In this document: positions 1 to 17,247 of the stretch, piece after piece
How the letters are laid out: each line of letters opens with the position of its first letter
Numbering within the stretch: position 1 is the first letter of the stretch
NCBI GenBank assembly: GCA_002269645.1
Contig: NIVC01003072.1
Coordinates: 45,489-109,488, forward strand
DNA: 64,000 bases
DNA from: Macrostomum lignano
Lineage: Eukaryota
Direction of reading: 5' to 3'
Program-made: the position numbers and the translations under genes
Notes under the pieces: model-generated
Told to the model about the DNA's origin: nothing
Seen by the model: the letters and a program-made list of their open reading frames with translations, nothing else
The model's database searches: none

Positions 1-3561
<3,561 letters not shown>

Positions 3562-5049
3562 AAATGGAATTACAAAAAAATTGAAAAATGTGCAAACTAC
3601 TGCTTTGTTTTAATGTTTTACTTCTTAGAAACGTTCGAGCACAATAGGCAGCTGCGCTTAGCCTTGACCAAATGGTTTTGATGAATGCTTCTATCTAACA
3701 TCTTGATTTTTATTTGCATGGAATTTATATATAGTTCTCGGCTTTTGTTGAACGTCCTAACATGAGGCGTTTAGCTTATCTGTAAATGTAAGATTAAGAT
3801 ACAATTCCAACTCTTTTTTTGATCACATATGAGCTTGCAGTGTTGACTTTTTAAGGCTGTTGACTTCATGCCTGACTTTGAATATAACTTCTGAACATCT
3901 GCACTATAAATGCATATATATATATAAATAATCCATTTGCATGTAAACACTATGTGAACGCGAAATTGTAACAGCTTACACGAGTAGCTACACATATATT
4001 TTTTACATTAAATACGGTTTGTTTTAGTTGTTACCATGCAATTGCTGCGCGGTACTTGATGAAGTCCTTTAGACTACAGTGGAAGCAGCAGCTGTAGCTG
4101 TAGCTCATTGATCTTAAAGTTTAAGCTGGCAATTAATAAAAAATTGACGCTTGTACACCAAAAGTTAACATGCGCTATAAGCACTAAATATACACCTTAA
4201 AAAAACGATCTACTTGTGTTTGGTCTCTAATAACAGCTCAGAACTTTGTACTTTAAGCGCTAGTAAATCTTAAGAACAATTATATTACCAAATTGTTTCT
4301 TCCAATCTTGTGCAGTAAAGCTAAATTCGTCGTGTACACACGTTTCAGTACAATTGGACTACTCAAGTAGAACGGGAAGCTACGTTTCTATGAAAAATTA
4401 GGAGGCCGGTTTACCAAAAATATATTATGAGCTGGTTTGATTTTTTCAGCACAAAAGTGTTATTGCTTTTGATAGAAGGGATCGAGACCCAATGGTTCAT
4501 GTCTTGCCTTTCTTAGGTAGCTCGATCTATTGATATTCATAGTAAAGCTTTTCGTTTAGAAAATTAGGATTCTATGATGCTCCGTAACATACATGTAACA
4601 TGTATTTTTCGATAAAAACATTGCCTCTTAAAAACTTACAAGAAACGTCGCTTCAAATCCTTCTACTTGACTTGTCCTTGATACGCCCTTTGAACTTAAG
4701 GGGTGTATATATTGAAGATCCATTGGCCGTTGTGTTCTATATTGATCTTACCGCCGTGCTCATGCTTTTTCGCAAGTGCAAATTAAGAGTAAGCCTAAAA
4801 TATTCTAAAACAAAGTAGCTTAAAAATGTAATAATTTTTTTTTGGTTTTGGCATACTTTAAAGAAAATCTAAAACTAAATAAAAATGTTATTATAACAGT
4901 TTTGTTCTAACGAAAAGTAGCTTCTAGGAAACTTCCGCACTTAGAAATGTGGCAGTGGGGTTGCCACAATTTAATAATTTTTTTAATAATTTTTCATTTT
5001 AAATGCGCGCCCGTATTTTCCTCGTGAATACCAACCCGTGCGGCCAACC

Positions 5050-5630
5050 ATTGTTATATGACATCACCCCCTCCTCTTGTTGGCCCCGTGTGTGGACCCA
5101 CCGTTGCTATTCAGTTTCCCATCGTTGGCTAACAGCCTTTTCATTAGTTGGAATTAAGCGGTTCATTATATATTTTCTGTGTAATTTCTCCTTTAACCAT
5201 TGTATGGCCCCCTTGTTGGCTAATCTTTCCCCCATGCTTTGGACGTTGCCTTACTTTTTGCTTATATAAACTACTCATGCTCAGTTGCCAACTTTTCTAA
5301 CTTTCTTCTTGCGCGATCGCTCCCTCACTATCTTGTCTGTTTATCTCTACAGTTCATTAATTTATTAGTCTATTAGCGCACCGGCGCCCGTGTAGTCATC
5401 ATCGTCATTATATTACTCATTAATCCATAAATAACCTGCTTTAAAATTAATAACCATAATTACTTTAATAAATAACAACAAATTAACACTTAATATTTAT
5501 TCCGTTGACTTAAGCCATAGCCTATCTTGAATCCTTTGCCCGTGGGGCGTAAAATAACCGAAATCTCATCTCAAAGAAAGCTCTGAGATCATTAAACGTT
5601 CCGTAATACGTAAATTACGGTGGTGGCAGC
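5050..5630 (+). mobile_element. Probable LTR-retrotransposon remnant: LTR-like segment plus primer-binding site
   Basis: A TATA-like motif (about 5263) and AATAAA motifs precede TGGTGGCAGC at 5621-5630, which is complementary to the 3' end of tRNA-Leu. No second LTR or gag/pol ORF was found, and the left boundary is uncertain. Confidence 0.4.
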
Positions 5631-8600
5631 AACTACCCTACTGACAGTAAACAGCTCTGCAAATCGACACATTAATTTACGGTGTCCATCTCCGGTGTCT
5701 ACCATCTGAACGACCGTGCCGCTCTAACGACCGCTCTGCTACGATTACGACTACCCTCCCCCCGGAATTTGAGGACCCCGGCTGTCGGAGTAAAAGGAGA
5801 AGAAATTCGTGGTGATTCGTCTGCGCGATTTTCCGGCTTTATTCGTGTTTCAACAACGCCGGCGGCAAATTCAAACGAGGAATTCGCCCCACCCCATGGT
5901 GTCAGCAACTAATTTCAAACAACCAATTACCCAAGAAAACTTTCTCCACCCCCACCTCAGAAACTTAATTTTAGCGAGAACTGAGTCCATGGCTCCCATG
6001 GCTCCCAAATAAAATAAATAAATAAATAAAAAATGGCTCCCGCCGCGGACGGGCGGGCGAATAAAAAAAATCGTTCTATTTATGGATGGAGTGTAGTGAA
6101 CGACTCTTGAAGAATGGCAGATTTTAACCAGCCTTTTTCCTAGTCTATAGAGTATACTTTAGATCTACCTTAATAAGCTTATTGTCCAAGGCCATAATTT
6201 GCTTATTATTGCGATTATTTCAAGACATATGATCACATCGGAGATCATACTATAATATATGTTAGAAATTTCTTATTAATGTAAATTGTATTGGCAGTTG
6301 AATTAGAAGTTGGCATAAATATAGCATATTTCTCCTTATATATTATATTAACCATAAAATGTCATAAATTGGATAAAAAGCTTGGCATACATTGGTATAA
6401 AATTTGATAAATTGTCTTTTTTTCCTAGTGACCTAGCTAAAGCCTATTTCTACAATATATAAATATATATTCCATAGTGATAGCTCGGAACACTATATGT
6501 ACCTAAGAAAAAAATGACCAAATTTTTTGGTGTATGCCAATATATGCCAAATACATTACCTTATGGCAGAGCTTCAAATTGTAAATTTTGAAACATTTAA
6601 TACTTTATTAGTGATTTTGACATTTAGGCTAGGCCTAGGCCTAGTTTCAACTTTCAATTAGATTAGATGCAGTTAAACAAAAAAGAATTTTAATATTTAT
6701 ATTTGTCTAAGTATCATATTTTGTATATATGTAACACATATTTTGTATATATATATAGAGAAAAAAAACAGTTGGTATATTTTTTTAATTTCAAATTATT
6801 ACCTTGTAAAAATATAGAAATCAATTTTGGGTAAAATAGTTACCAAATTTTATGATTATAATGCATAAACAACTTATAATTCTTTTTGAAAACATACTTT
6901 TTTAATTTTCTATGCATATGATATACCAAAATACTAAACTAAAAGGCAAAACCCAAAATCACTTTTTATATGCCAATATATACATCAAATTTCTTGGATG
7001 TACCCTAGAAACTTTAGGAATATATATCTTTTTCTTGACTAGGTCTATGATATATTGTATACTATTATAGACAGCTTTGTTTATTTTTTGAATAATAGCA
7101 AGGTGCTGGTTCATTTAGTAGTTTTTCAACAGAAATCAGATTGAAGAGAAAACAAGGGGAGAGTGATTCGTGTCACTGCCATTGCCATATATTTATAGAT
7201 TTGTAAATGTCTTCTAGAAATTTCTAGAAAGATTGAGCACATCTTAACAAAGCAAATAAACACTTAATTATATACATTACGCAAATACAAGTAGAATATT
7301 AACAGTGGAGTAATAATTAATTATTTACTATTTATATGCATATGTAATAGATAAGCTGCTAACTTGAAGAAGTTTCTGGAAAAATAATAATGTTTTAACT
7401 TTTAGAAATCTAACAAAATTTTGAGAAAGTTATTAAAGTATGCTATACCATCTCAAATTATATTATAGATAGGTTTCTAGATAGGTATATATCTTATCAC
7501 TATCAATATAGTATATAATTAAAATATTTCTTGATATTATTATTGCATAAAATTATATTATTAATACTTATAGAGCACCTATTATATTTTAAATGCTAAA
7601 TTAGCTGGCCAAAAAAGGTTAACAAGTATATAGACCTATCTATGTGGCACTGTTCCTATGGTTTCTTTATCACTTAAATAAAAGGCTAAATTTTATTAAC
7701 TTTACTTAGTTGTCTTGTTAACATTAAACAAAAGTGCTTTTGGCAATTGAAGTTATCTAGCTAATAAAAAAAATCGAAATAAGTATACTAATATACTAGT
7801 AGTATATTATTATTAATATAAAAATTTTTTAATTATTAACTTTAGCATTTTATTGGAGATTGACTGTGATCGTAGGCTTAGTCACAATCATGAAAACTAT
7901 GATTACGAGGAAAAAAATCGCATATTGTCTGTTGCCAATCATAATTTGTGAATTTCTTGATTTAAACCTTACTTTTTAAGTCGTAGCACAATATTCTAAA
8001 ATATATGATTGTGAAAAGCAAACCAAAATTGTTACAAATCAGCATAGATATAACAAAGCCACATAATAAAATATGGTAAAACAATAAACTTAATAAAACA
8101 AAGCTTAAAAATCAATACAAATTGCTAGACTTAGTAGTATTAAAACAAATAGTTTTATGTCTAATTTAAAATGTATGTTAAAAAATTCATGGTCATGCAT
8201 TGTTTCATGCATTGTCTAGTTCTAATCATGCACAAAAGAAAAAATCATAGTTGGTCAATCCCAAATTTTTATCTAGTTTTTTTTTTACTTTGCCTAACAC
8301 TGCCACCTAGAATAGATATTAGGTTACTAGGAATTAGATGTAAGATGCTCTTATTCTAAAATGCCAATGTCTCTAAACTAAAAATTGCGCCAATATTTAA
8401 ATATTATTTATATAGCCCTAGGTCTTACAAATTTAAAGTATTTCCCAAACTCTTTTCAAACTAACTATAAATATAAAGACATTCAAACTATATTATTATA
8501 TGCTTATTCAACTGAAAATATACTAACTATATAGTAGTGTAATATAGTACATAAGTTATTTTTATAATTATTTATTTATTGATAAGATTTTAATCAAGCC

Positions 8601-8891
8601 GGAATATGATATATATCTAGTAAAAACTCACAACTGGTTTTTTTAATAGTAATTAAAATATGACTAACATTAAGAGTCTAATGTTTAGATGTTTTTCAAT
8701 TTTATGAATTAATAATCATTTTCCAATCTGTAATTAATAATATAATTACAATAATAGCTAACATAAAACAATTGAATAATATAGATGATAAAATTTTCAT
8801 TTCTTTCTACTTGTATCATCCTTTGGAACACTAAACTATGTGCCTCTATACTGCACCTTGGAATTTATGCTGTACCAGAAAAAGCTACATC

Positions 8892-11800
8892 ATGTCTCTG
8901 TCTGAACAATTTCTGTCTGAGCAGTCAGTCTGCTTGGAGCAATTCTCCACTTGGTCAGAAATGGAACAGGTGAACTTTGTTGAACAGTTACTGGGCAGTA
9001 TGTCGCATTATCAGCATGGCCAAGTGCAGGAATACTTAGCTCCCATGCTGCAGCGAGACTTTATCAGTGTACTGCCAACATGTGGCTTGGATCATTTGGC
9101 TGAGCGAATCTTGGCCTGTTTGGATGCAAAATCTCTGGCCTCTGCTGAGATGGTGTGCAGCGAGTGGCGACGGGTTGTATCTGAGGGCCTGCTGTGGCGT
9201 AAGCTGATTGAGTCGCAGGTGAGCGTTGAGAGGATTGACTTTGGGGACTCAAATATTTGGTTAGCAACTGTTTAGTTTCTGGCCCAGCCTCCCAGATCCT
9301 CAGTTGCTGGGCCAGCCTCCCAGATCCCTAGTTGCTGGCCCAGCCTCCCAGATCCTCAGTTGCTGGGCCAGCCTCCCAGATCCTCAGTTGCTGGGCCAGC
9401 CAGCCTCCCAGATCCTCAGTTGCTGGGCCAGCCTCCCAGATCCCCAGTTGCTGGGCCAGCCTCACAGAGTGTCAGTTGCTGGGCCAGCCTCCCAGATCCT
9501 CAGTTGCTGGGCCAGCCTCCCAGATCCTCAGTTGCTGGGCCAGCCAGCCTCCCAGATCCTCAGTTGCTGGGCCAGCCTCCCAGATCCCCAGTTGCTGAGC
9601 CAGCCTCACAGAGTGTCAGTTGCTGGGCCAGCCTCCCAGATCCCCAGTTGCTGGGCCAGCCTCCCAGATCCTCAGTTGCTAGGCCAGCCTCCCAGATCCC
9701 CAGTTGCTGGGCCAGCCTCCCAGATCCTCAGTTGCTAGGCCAACAGCCTCCCAGATCAGTTTCTGGGCCAGCCTCCCAGATCCTCAGTTGCTGGGCCAGC
9801 CTCCCAGATCCTCAGTTGCTGCTTGCTGGGCCAGCCTCCCAGAGTGTCAGTTGCTGGGCCAGCCTCCCAGATCCCCAGTTGCTGGGCAAACCAGACAAAC
9901 CGCACTGTACTTTAAAATTTGCTTGCAGGTGCGCAGAAGCAATCTGTGGCGCGGGCTGGCCGTCCGCAGAGGCTGGCTGCGAGACCTGCGCCGGCCGCAG
10001 CGAGACGGAGCGGAGAGCGACGTCGGCAGTTCAGACAGCCACTACAGGCAGCTGTACCCGAAGATTCTCAGCGACATCAGGCGAATCGAGAGCAACTGGG
10101 CCAAGGGCAGTTTTAAATTGCGTCGAATTCAATGCCGAAGCGAATCTTCCAAAGGAGTTTATTGCCTGCAGTACGACGAGGACAAGATTATTAGCGGCCT
10201 AAGGGATAACACCATCAAAGTGTGGGATCGTAAATCTCTTGAGTGTACTAAGGTAAGGGATTCGGATTTCGGAATGGGGATAATAATATAGCATTAATCT
10301 TTGTGTAGAGGATTCAAATCAAAAAATCGTAGGTGATTATCGATTTAGGTTATTTTATCAATTGGGATTATAAAACACAAGAGGGGATTATCAATTGGGA
10401 TAATTAATCACTGGAGGGGATTATCGATTGGGATTATAAACCACAAGAGAGGATTATCAATTGGGATTATAAACCACAAGAGAGGATTATCGATTGGGAT
10501 TATTAACCACAAGAGGGGATTATCAATTGGGATTATTAATCACTGGAGGGGATTATCGATTGGGATTATAAACCACAAGAGAGGATTATCAATTGGGATT
10601 ATAAACCACAAGAGAGGTTTATCAATTGGGATTATAAACCACAAGAGAGGTTTATCAATTGGGATTATAAACCACAAGAGAGGTTTATCGATTGGGATTT
10701 TAAACCACAAGAGAGGATTATCAATTGGGATAATTAATCACTGGAGGAGATTATCGATTGGGATTATAAACCAAAAGAGAGGTTTATCAATTGGGATTTT
10801 AAACCACAAGAGAGGTTTATCAATTGGGATTATAAACCACAAGAGAGGTTTATCAATTGGGATTATAAACCACAAGAGAGGATTATCAATTGGGATTATT
10901 AATCACTGAAGGGGATTATCGATTGGGATTATAAACCACAAGAGAGGATTATCAATTGGGATTATAAACCACAAGAGAGGATTATCAATTGGGATTATTA
11001 ACCACAAAAGAGGATTATCAATTGGGATTATTACTCACTCGAGGGGATTATCAATTGGGATCAGTATCAAACTATGGGATTAGTGAATGCATCTCCCTTA
11101 CCGATATCCCCATCATACAATTATCACACAAACCAGGTGCTATCCAGTCATATGGGCTCCGTACTGTGCCTCCAATACGACGATGACATAATAATTAGCG
11201 GCTCCTCTGACAGCACAGTGCGAGTCTGGGACGTGCGCACTGGCCAACCGTTGAACACACTGTATCATCATTGCGAAGCCGTGCTCCATCTGCGCTTCTG
11301 CGACGGCCTGATGGTCACGTGCTCCAAGGACAGATCCATAGCCGTGTGGGACATGCACTCGCCTAGCGACATCGCGCTTAGACGAGTTCTAGTAGGCCAC
11401 CGAGCCGCCGTGAATGTTGTAGATTTCGATTCGCGCTACATTGTGTCAGCTTCCGGCGATAGGACTATTAAAGTTTGGCACACTGCCAGCTGCGAGTTTG
11501 TGCGCACCCTGAGCGGTCACAAGCGCGGCATCGCCTGTTTGCAGTATCGCGATAATCTGGTTGTTAGCGGCTCGTCTGATAATTCTATCAGACTGTGGGA
11601 TATCGAGAGCGGAATCTGTCTGCGAGTGCTCAATGGTAAGTTTGAAACTGTAGATTCACTTCAAACTTCAAAGGCGCCGCCCCAACCTTTCATTGAACCC
11701 TTATCGGTAAGCATCAACGGACCGATTTTTATTGAACCTTTCACCAGGCACCCCGACTCTCATTAAACCTTTTTCGGCAAAATTCAAAGGCACCTCTAGA

Positions 11801-12581
11801 CTTTCCCGACTTTCATTGAACCTTTTTCGGTAAACATCAAAGGCACCTCCCGACTTTCATTTAACCTTTTTCGGTAAACATCAAAGGCGCCTCCCGACTT
11901 TCATTGAACCTTTTTCGGTAAACATCAAAGGCACCTCCCGACTTTCATTGAACATTTTTCGGTAAACATCAAAGGCACCTTCAGACTTTCATTGAACCTT
12001 TTTCGGTAAACATCAAAGGCACCTTCCCACTTTCATTGAACCTTTTTCGGTAAACATCAAAGGCACCTTCCCACTTTCATTGAACCTTTTTCGGTAAACA
12101 TCAAAGGCACCTCCCCACTTTCATTGAACCTTCTTCTGTTAACATCAAAGGCACCTCCCGATACGATAGTTATTATCTTAATCCCCCTGCAGGGCACGAA
12201 GAGCTGGTCCGCTGCATCCGTTTCGACTCCAAACGAATTGTGTCTGGCGCCTACGACGGCAAGATCAAAGTGTGGGACCTGCAGGCCGCCCTTGACCCCA
12301 GATCGTCGGCCGACGCGCTGTGCATCGTCACACTCAGCGAACACTCTGGCAGGGTGTTCCGCTTGCAATTCGACGAATTTCAGATCGTTTCATCGTCCCA
12401 CGACGATACTATCTTAGTGTGGGATTTCCTTGGCGACGATGGGGATCAGGGGGGCACTAAGGAAGCCGCCGATGAAGAGGTTGATGAGGCTGTTGTGCTG
12501 CACTTTGCCGATGCCGACGCCGAGGATGAAGGCGGCGGTGGAGACGCCGAAGACAACGAGGCCGGAGATGAGGATGATTGA
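8892..12581 (+). CDS. BTRC: beta-TrCP / Slimb F-box WD40 protein; exons 8892-9218, 9929-10252, 11137-11635, 12193-12581
   Basis: D-domain ([21 protein letters not shown]), F-box ([27 protein letters not shown]) and WD40 repeats ([88 protein letters not shown]). Splice phases 0,0,1 are consistent. An upstream exon cannot be excluded. Confidence 0.97.
9280..9885 (+). repeat. ~28-bp minisatellite (cagttgctgggccagcctcccagatcct), beta-TrCP intron 1
   Basis: Tandem units seen directly. Confidence 0.95.
10350..11060 (+). repeat. ~33-bp minisatellite (gggattataaaccacaagagaggattatcaatt), beta-TrCP intron 2
   Basis: Tandem units seen directly. Confidence 0.95.
11690..12160 (+). repeat. ~44-bp minisatellite (actttcattgaacctttttcggtaaacatcaaaggcacctcccg), beta-TrCP intron 3
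   Basis: Tandem units seen directly. Confidence 0.93.
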
Positions 12582-12831
12582 ATTAAATAATAGTTCAAAA
12601 TTAATGGTTTTAAAAAAAACTTTTTTTGAAAAAAAAATTAATTTAGCGTGTGTTTTGTCAAAGGCATCTAAATGAAATATAGTATGTTTGTACGAGGGCT
12701 GCATGCGCCCTGGAGCAACGTCCTGCCCATTCCGCTGACTTCTGAACACATACAAGCGTGCCAATACTGTACGCAGTCGCGCACTCGTACACACGTTCAC
12801 ACAGAGTGCACAGCGGCCCTGATTTTATCAT

Positions 12832-13483
12832 CAGCCATAGACAATAAAGCCAATCAAAGCCACTGCCGCAGAGCTGCACTCGGCCATAGACAATAAAGCC
12901 AATCAAGGCCACTGCCGCAGAGCTGCACTCGGCCATAGACAATAAAGCCAATCAAGGCCACTGCCGCAGAGCTGCACTCGGCCATAGACAATAAGGCCAA
13001 TCAAAGCCACTGCCACAAAACTGCACTCGGCCATAGACAATAAGGCCAATCAAAGCCACTGCCACAAAACTGCACTCGGCCATAGACAATAAGGCCAATC
13101 AAAGCCACTGCCACAGAACTTTACTCGGCCATAGACAATAAAGACAACCAAAGCCACTGCCACAGAACTGCACTCGGCCATAGAGAATAAAGCCAATCAA
13201 AGCCATTGCCACAGAACTGCACTCGGCCATAGACAATAAAGCCAATCAAAGCCACTGCCACAGCTGGCACAGAACTGCACTCGGCCATAGACAATAAAGC
13301 CGATCAAAGCCACTGCCACAGCTGGCACAGAACTGCACTCGGCCATAGACAATAAAGCCAATCAAAGCCACTGCCACAGCTGGCACAGAACTGCACTCGG
13401 CCATAGACAATAAAGCCGATCAAAGCCACACTGCCACAGCTGGCACAGAACTGCACTCGGCCATAGACAATAAAGCCGATCAA
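12832..13483 (+). repeat. 49-58-bp tandem array (ggccatagacaataaagccaatcaaagccactgccacagaactgcactc) downstream of the beta-TrCP stop
   Basis: About 13 units, most containing AATAAA. Confidence 0.93.
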
Positions 13484-13879
13484 ATTGATAATAAAGCCTT
13501 TGAATAAAGAATTTTAAACTTGATTGGCTTTGCTGTAAAATATCATTTTTCTACCTCTATACACCAGTGTCTACTCTAGTCTGTAAATGTGTTAGTTTGT
13601 AACTTCAATTACAATCTTAACTGGTTAAATTCCATCAAATTGGTGTGCTTTTTGCCATATCTGAGCAAAGCATTCAATATGTTGTTGGTGATAATCATTG
13701 CATCTGATAAGCTAATGATTGTAAAGCATTTTATTGTGTCCATTTTGTCTACTTTGCCTATTTTGTTTGTTACTTGTATTCAGTCAGCATATATAGTGGT
13801 GTTATGTGTTTCAACTGTGTCCGTCTTATCTGCCTTTTATCTCATCTTCCTAATCTCACCCCCTCTTAATTTCACCAAT

Positions 13880-14400
13880 CTCAATCCCACCAATCTCCCA
13901 ATCTCACTAATCTCTCAATCCCACAAATCTCTCAATCTCACCCATCTCTCAATCTCACCCATCTCTCAATCGCCCCTATCTCTCAATCTCACCCATCTCT
14001 CAATCTCACCCATCTCTCAATCTCACCCATCTCTCAATCGCCCCTATCTCTCAATCTCACCCATCTCTTAATCTCACCTATCTCTCAATCTCATCCATCT
14101 CTCAATCTCATCCATCTCTTAATCTCACCCATCTCTCAATCTCATCCATCTCTCAATTTCATCCGTCTCTCAACCTCCCCCATCTATCAATCTCACCCAT
14201 CTCTCAATTTCATCCGTCTCTCAACCTCCCCCATCTATCAATCTCACCCATCTCTCAATCTCACCCATCTCTCAATCTCATCCATCTCTCAATCTCACCC
14301 ATCTCTTAATCTCACCCATCTCTCAATCTCACCCATCTCTCAATCGCCCCCATCTCTCAATCTCACCCATCTCTCAATCTCACCCATCTCTCAATCTCAC
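13880..14400 (+). repeat. 17-bp minisatellite (ccatctctcaatctcac)
   Basis: Tandem units seen directly. Confidence 0.92.
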
Positions 14401-14929
14401 CCAATATCCATTTCACAGTAACAATGTTTTATATTCCAGTACTTTATATTTATCCCAGTAATTTATATTCAGTCTTAAACCATCTGAAGTCGCAGCAGTC
14501 TCACAATTTGGCAGTGTATTATTCCATGAATGTTTATAATCGTTTTAATATGGTTCAAATAAAAGTTATTCAGTCCAAAGTACTGCAACAGGCAGTTTGC
14601 TCTTTCGTAATGTGTAAAAATAGTATTTATTATTATATGTTCGCGAAAAAATTAAAGAAAAGCGAATTTTACTACTAATATTTTAATCAAAAGTCTAGTA
14701 CGTACTCAGATACGATTCAACATATCATTTTTTGTTCAACTTGAAAAAGAAGCGGCTTGATAAAAAACAACCTATTAGACTACAGAGAGCAGAAAGTAAA
14801 AAACTCAACAAAAATCTACTTTAGGCATTAACATCTTAATGGAATCATAATTGATTATTACTAGCTAGATTTAATAAAGCATAAACAGTATCATGCAATC
14901 ACTGATTAAACTAGAAAATTATTGTCAAC

Positions 14930-15650
14930 AAGTTTCCCGTAGTTGTTTTGGATTTACAAAAGGGGAATCCCTTATTTATTTATAGTTTTAACATAGGATC
15001 CCGTAGCTGATTTAAGTTTTACAATGGGGAATCCCGTAACTATTTTTAGTTTTGCAAAGGGGAATCCGGATTCCGGTTGCTGTTTTTGGTTCTACAAATG
15101 GAAATTCCATAACTTTTTAGTTCTTCAAAGGGGAATCCCGCCGGTTTTTTAGTTTTACAACAGGAATTCCATAGCTATTTTAGTTTTGCAAAGGGGAATC
15201 CCATAGCTATTTTAGTTTTGCAAAGGGGAATCCCATAGCTATTTTAGTTTTGCAAAGGGGAATCCCATAGCTATTTTAGTTTTGCAAAGGGGAATCCCAT
15301 AGCTATTTTAGTTTTGCAAAGGGGAATCCCATAGCTATTTTAGTTTTGCAAAGGGGAATACCATAGCTATTTTAGTTTTACAAATGGGAATCCCATAGCT
15401 ATTTTAGTTTTGCAAAGGGGAATCCCATAGCTATTTTAGTTTTGCAAAGGGGAATCCCATAGCTATTTTAGTTTTGCAAAGGGGAATTCCATAGTCGTTC
15501 TGGAGTTTTACAAAAGAGACTCCCGCTGCTATTTATAGTTGCTAAAAAGGAAATCCCATATTATTGATTTTTAAGTGAGGAATCCTGTCCCGTCAATATT
15601 TGCGAGCGTATGCTAGCTGGTGTCTATGATCCCCCAAAGGGGAATCCCAT
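14930..15650 (+). repeat. 32-bp minisatellite (ggggaatcccatagctattttagttttgcaaa) with a homogeneous core at about 15180-15485 and decayed flanks
   Basis: Tandem units seen directly. Confidence 0.9.
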
Positions 15651-15750
15651 CGATAATGTTTTTATCGATTCAGATAAAAAACGGGGAACCTTCTCGCAAT
15701 GGTTTAACACCTCTAAAAATAGAAACAATTTTTCGTCTCTTTGAGTCATT

Positions 15751-17247
15751 TTACTCAGCTGACTCGGCCGAGCTGCTGCTGCTTAGCGAGGAGTCCGACG
15801 TCCAGGCAGCCTCATTGTCGTCATCTTGGGTGGTCGCCGCGTTGTCTCCGACGCCTGGAAATTCCGTCAGCGTCGCCGTGCCGCCAAACCTCACGGCGGA
15901 AACTTTGGCGGCGGCATCGCGACCGCTGTTTCTTGCCTTCTGCTTCGACTTTCGCTTTCGTCTGCTAGCGTTTTTTTCGCCTTTGCGTTTCTTAGAATCC
16001 GCATCCCGAAGTTGTTCTGGCGAATGCATGGTCTGTAGAACAGCGCGCAGCAGGCACAGGAACGCTTCGCTGGCGCTCTCCGAGTCTAGCGCCGTTGCCT
16101 CGCGCCAAACCAGGCCGTGGCGCCGAGCCAGCGCCAGGCCGGACTGAGCTCCGGAGGGCGTAGGGAGCTCGCGGCGGTCGAGCTTGTTGCCGATCAGAGC
16201 GATGGGGGCGTCGGCCGGTAGTCCGACGCTGTCGCCGTCCTGTGCCGGGCGCAGTCGCTGCAGCCAGGCCTCGCAGTCGCGGAGGCTGTCCGCGTCAGTG
16301 ACGTCATAGACCAGCATAGCACACTGGCAGCCGCTGTAGTAGCCCTCCGAGTTGCTGCGATGGCTGGGAGTAATGGCGGTGGACTTTGTTAGCACCTACC
16401 TCACTCCCTGCACCCACCTCACTCTGCACCCACCTCAATCTGCACCCACCCCACTTTCCGCACCCGCCTCACTCCCCGCACCCACCTCACTCCCCGCGCC
16501 CACCTCACTCTGCACCCACCTCAATCTGCACCCACCCCACTCCCTGCACCTACCTTACTCCCTGCGCCCACCTCACTCCCTGCACCTACCTCACTTCCTG
16601 CACCCACCTCACTCCCTGCGCCCACCTCACTCCCTGCACCCACCTCACTCCCTGCACCCACCCCACTTTCCGCACCCGCCTCACTCCCCGCACCCACCTC
16701 ACTCCCCGCGCCCACCTCACTCCCCGCACCCACCTCACTCCCCGCGCCCACCTCACTCTTCGCACCCACCTCACTCCCCGCGCCCACCTCACTCTGCACC
16801 CACCTCAATCTGCACCCACCCCACTCCCTGCACCTACCTTACTCCCTGCGCCCACCTCACTCCCTGCACCTACCTAACTTCCTGCACCCACCTCACTCCC
16901 TGCGCCCACCTCACTCCCTGCACCCACCTCACTCCCTGCACCCACCCCACTTTCCTGCACCCGCCTCACTCCCCGCACCCACCTCACTCCCCGCGCCCAC
17001 CTCACTCCCCGCGCCCACCTCACTCCACACATCCCTTCGCGCACCACCGTGCGAACGTCAAAATCTCCTCACCTCTCCTGACCGGCAGTGTCCCAAATCT
17101 GGCATTGGACCGGCACCCCGTCAACCTTGACCAGTCGGCTCTGCAGACTCGCGGCCACTGTCGGCGCATACGATTCGTTGAATTGGCCGCCTACAAAGCG
17201 AGCCAGAAGGCTTGACTTGCCAACGCCAGCGTTCCCAACAACGATTA
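15751..17247 (-). CDS. Divergent Rab GTPase domain IV and C-terminal tail (exons 17247-17073, 16363-15751)
   Basis: [37 protein letters not shown], then a polybasic tail and an acidic/Ser end. Exon 17247-17073 is missing from the ORF track. Confidence 0.9.

Noticed and set aside
6060-8780. Long very AT-rich stretch as a possible decayed DNA transposon
   Set aside because: No TIR, TSD or transposase motif could be identified.
12832-13483. Repeat arrays as CRISPR-like loci
   Set aside because: Head-to-tail units without unique spacers, a eukaryotic context and no cas genes.
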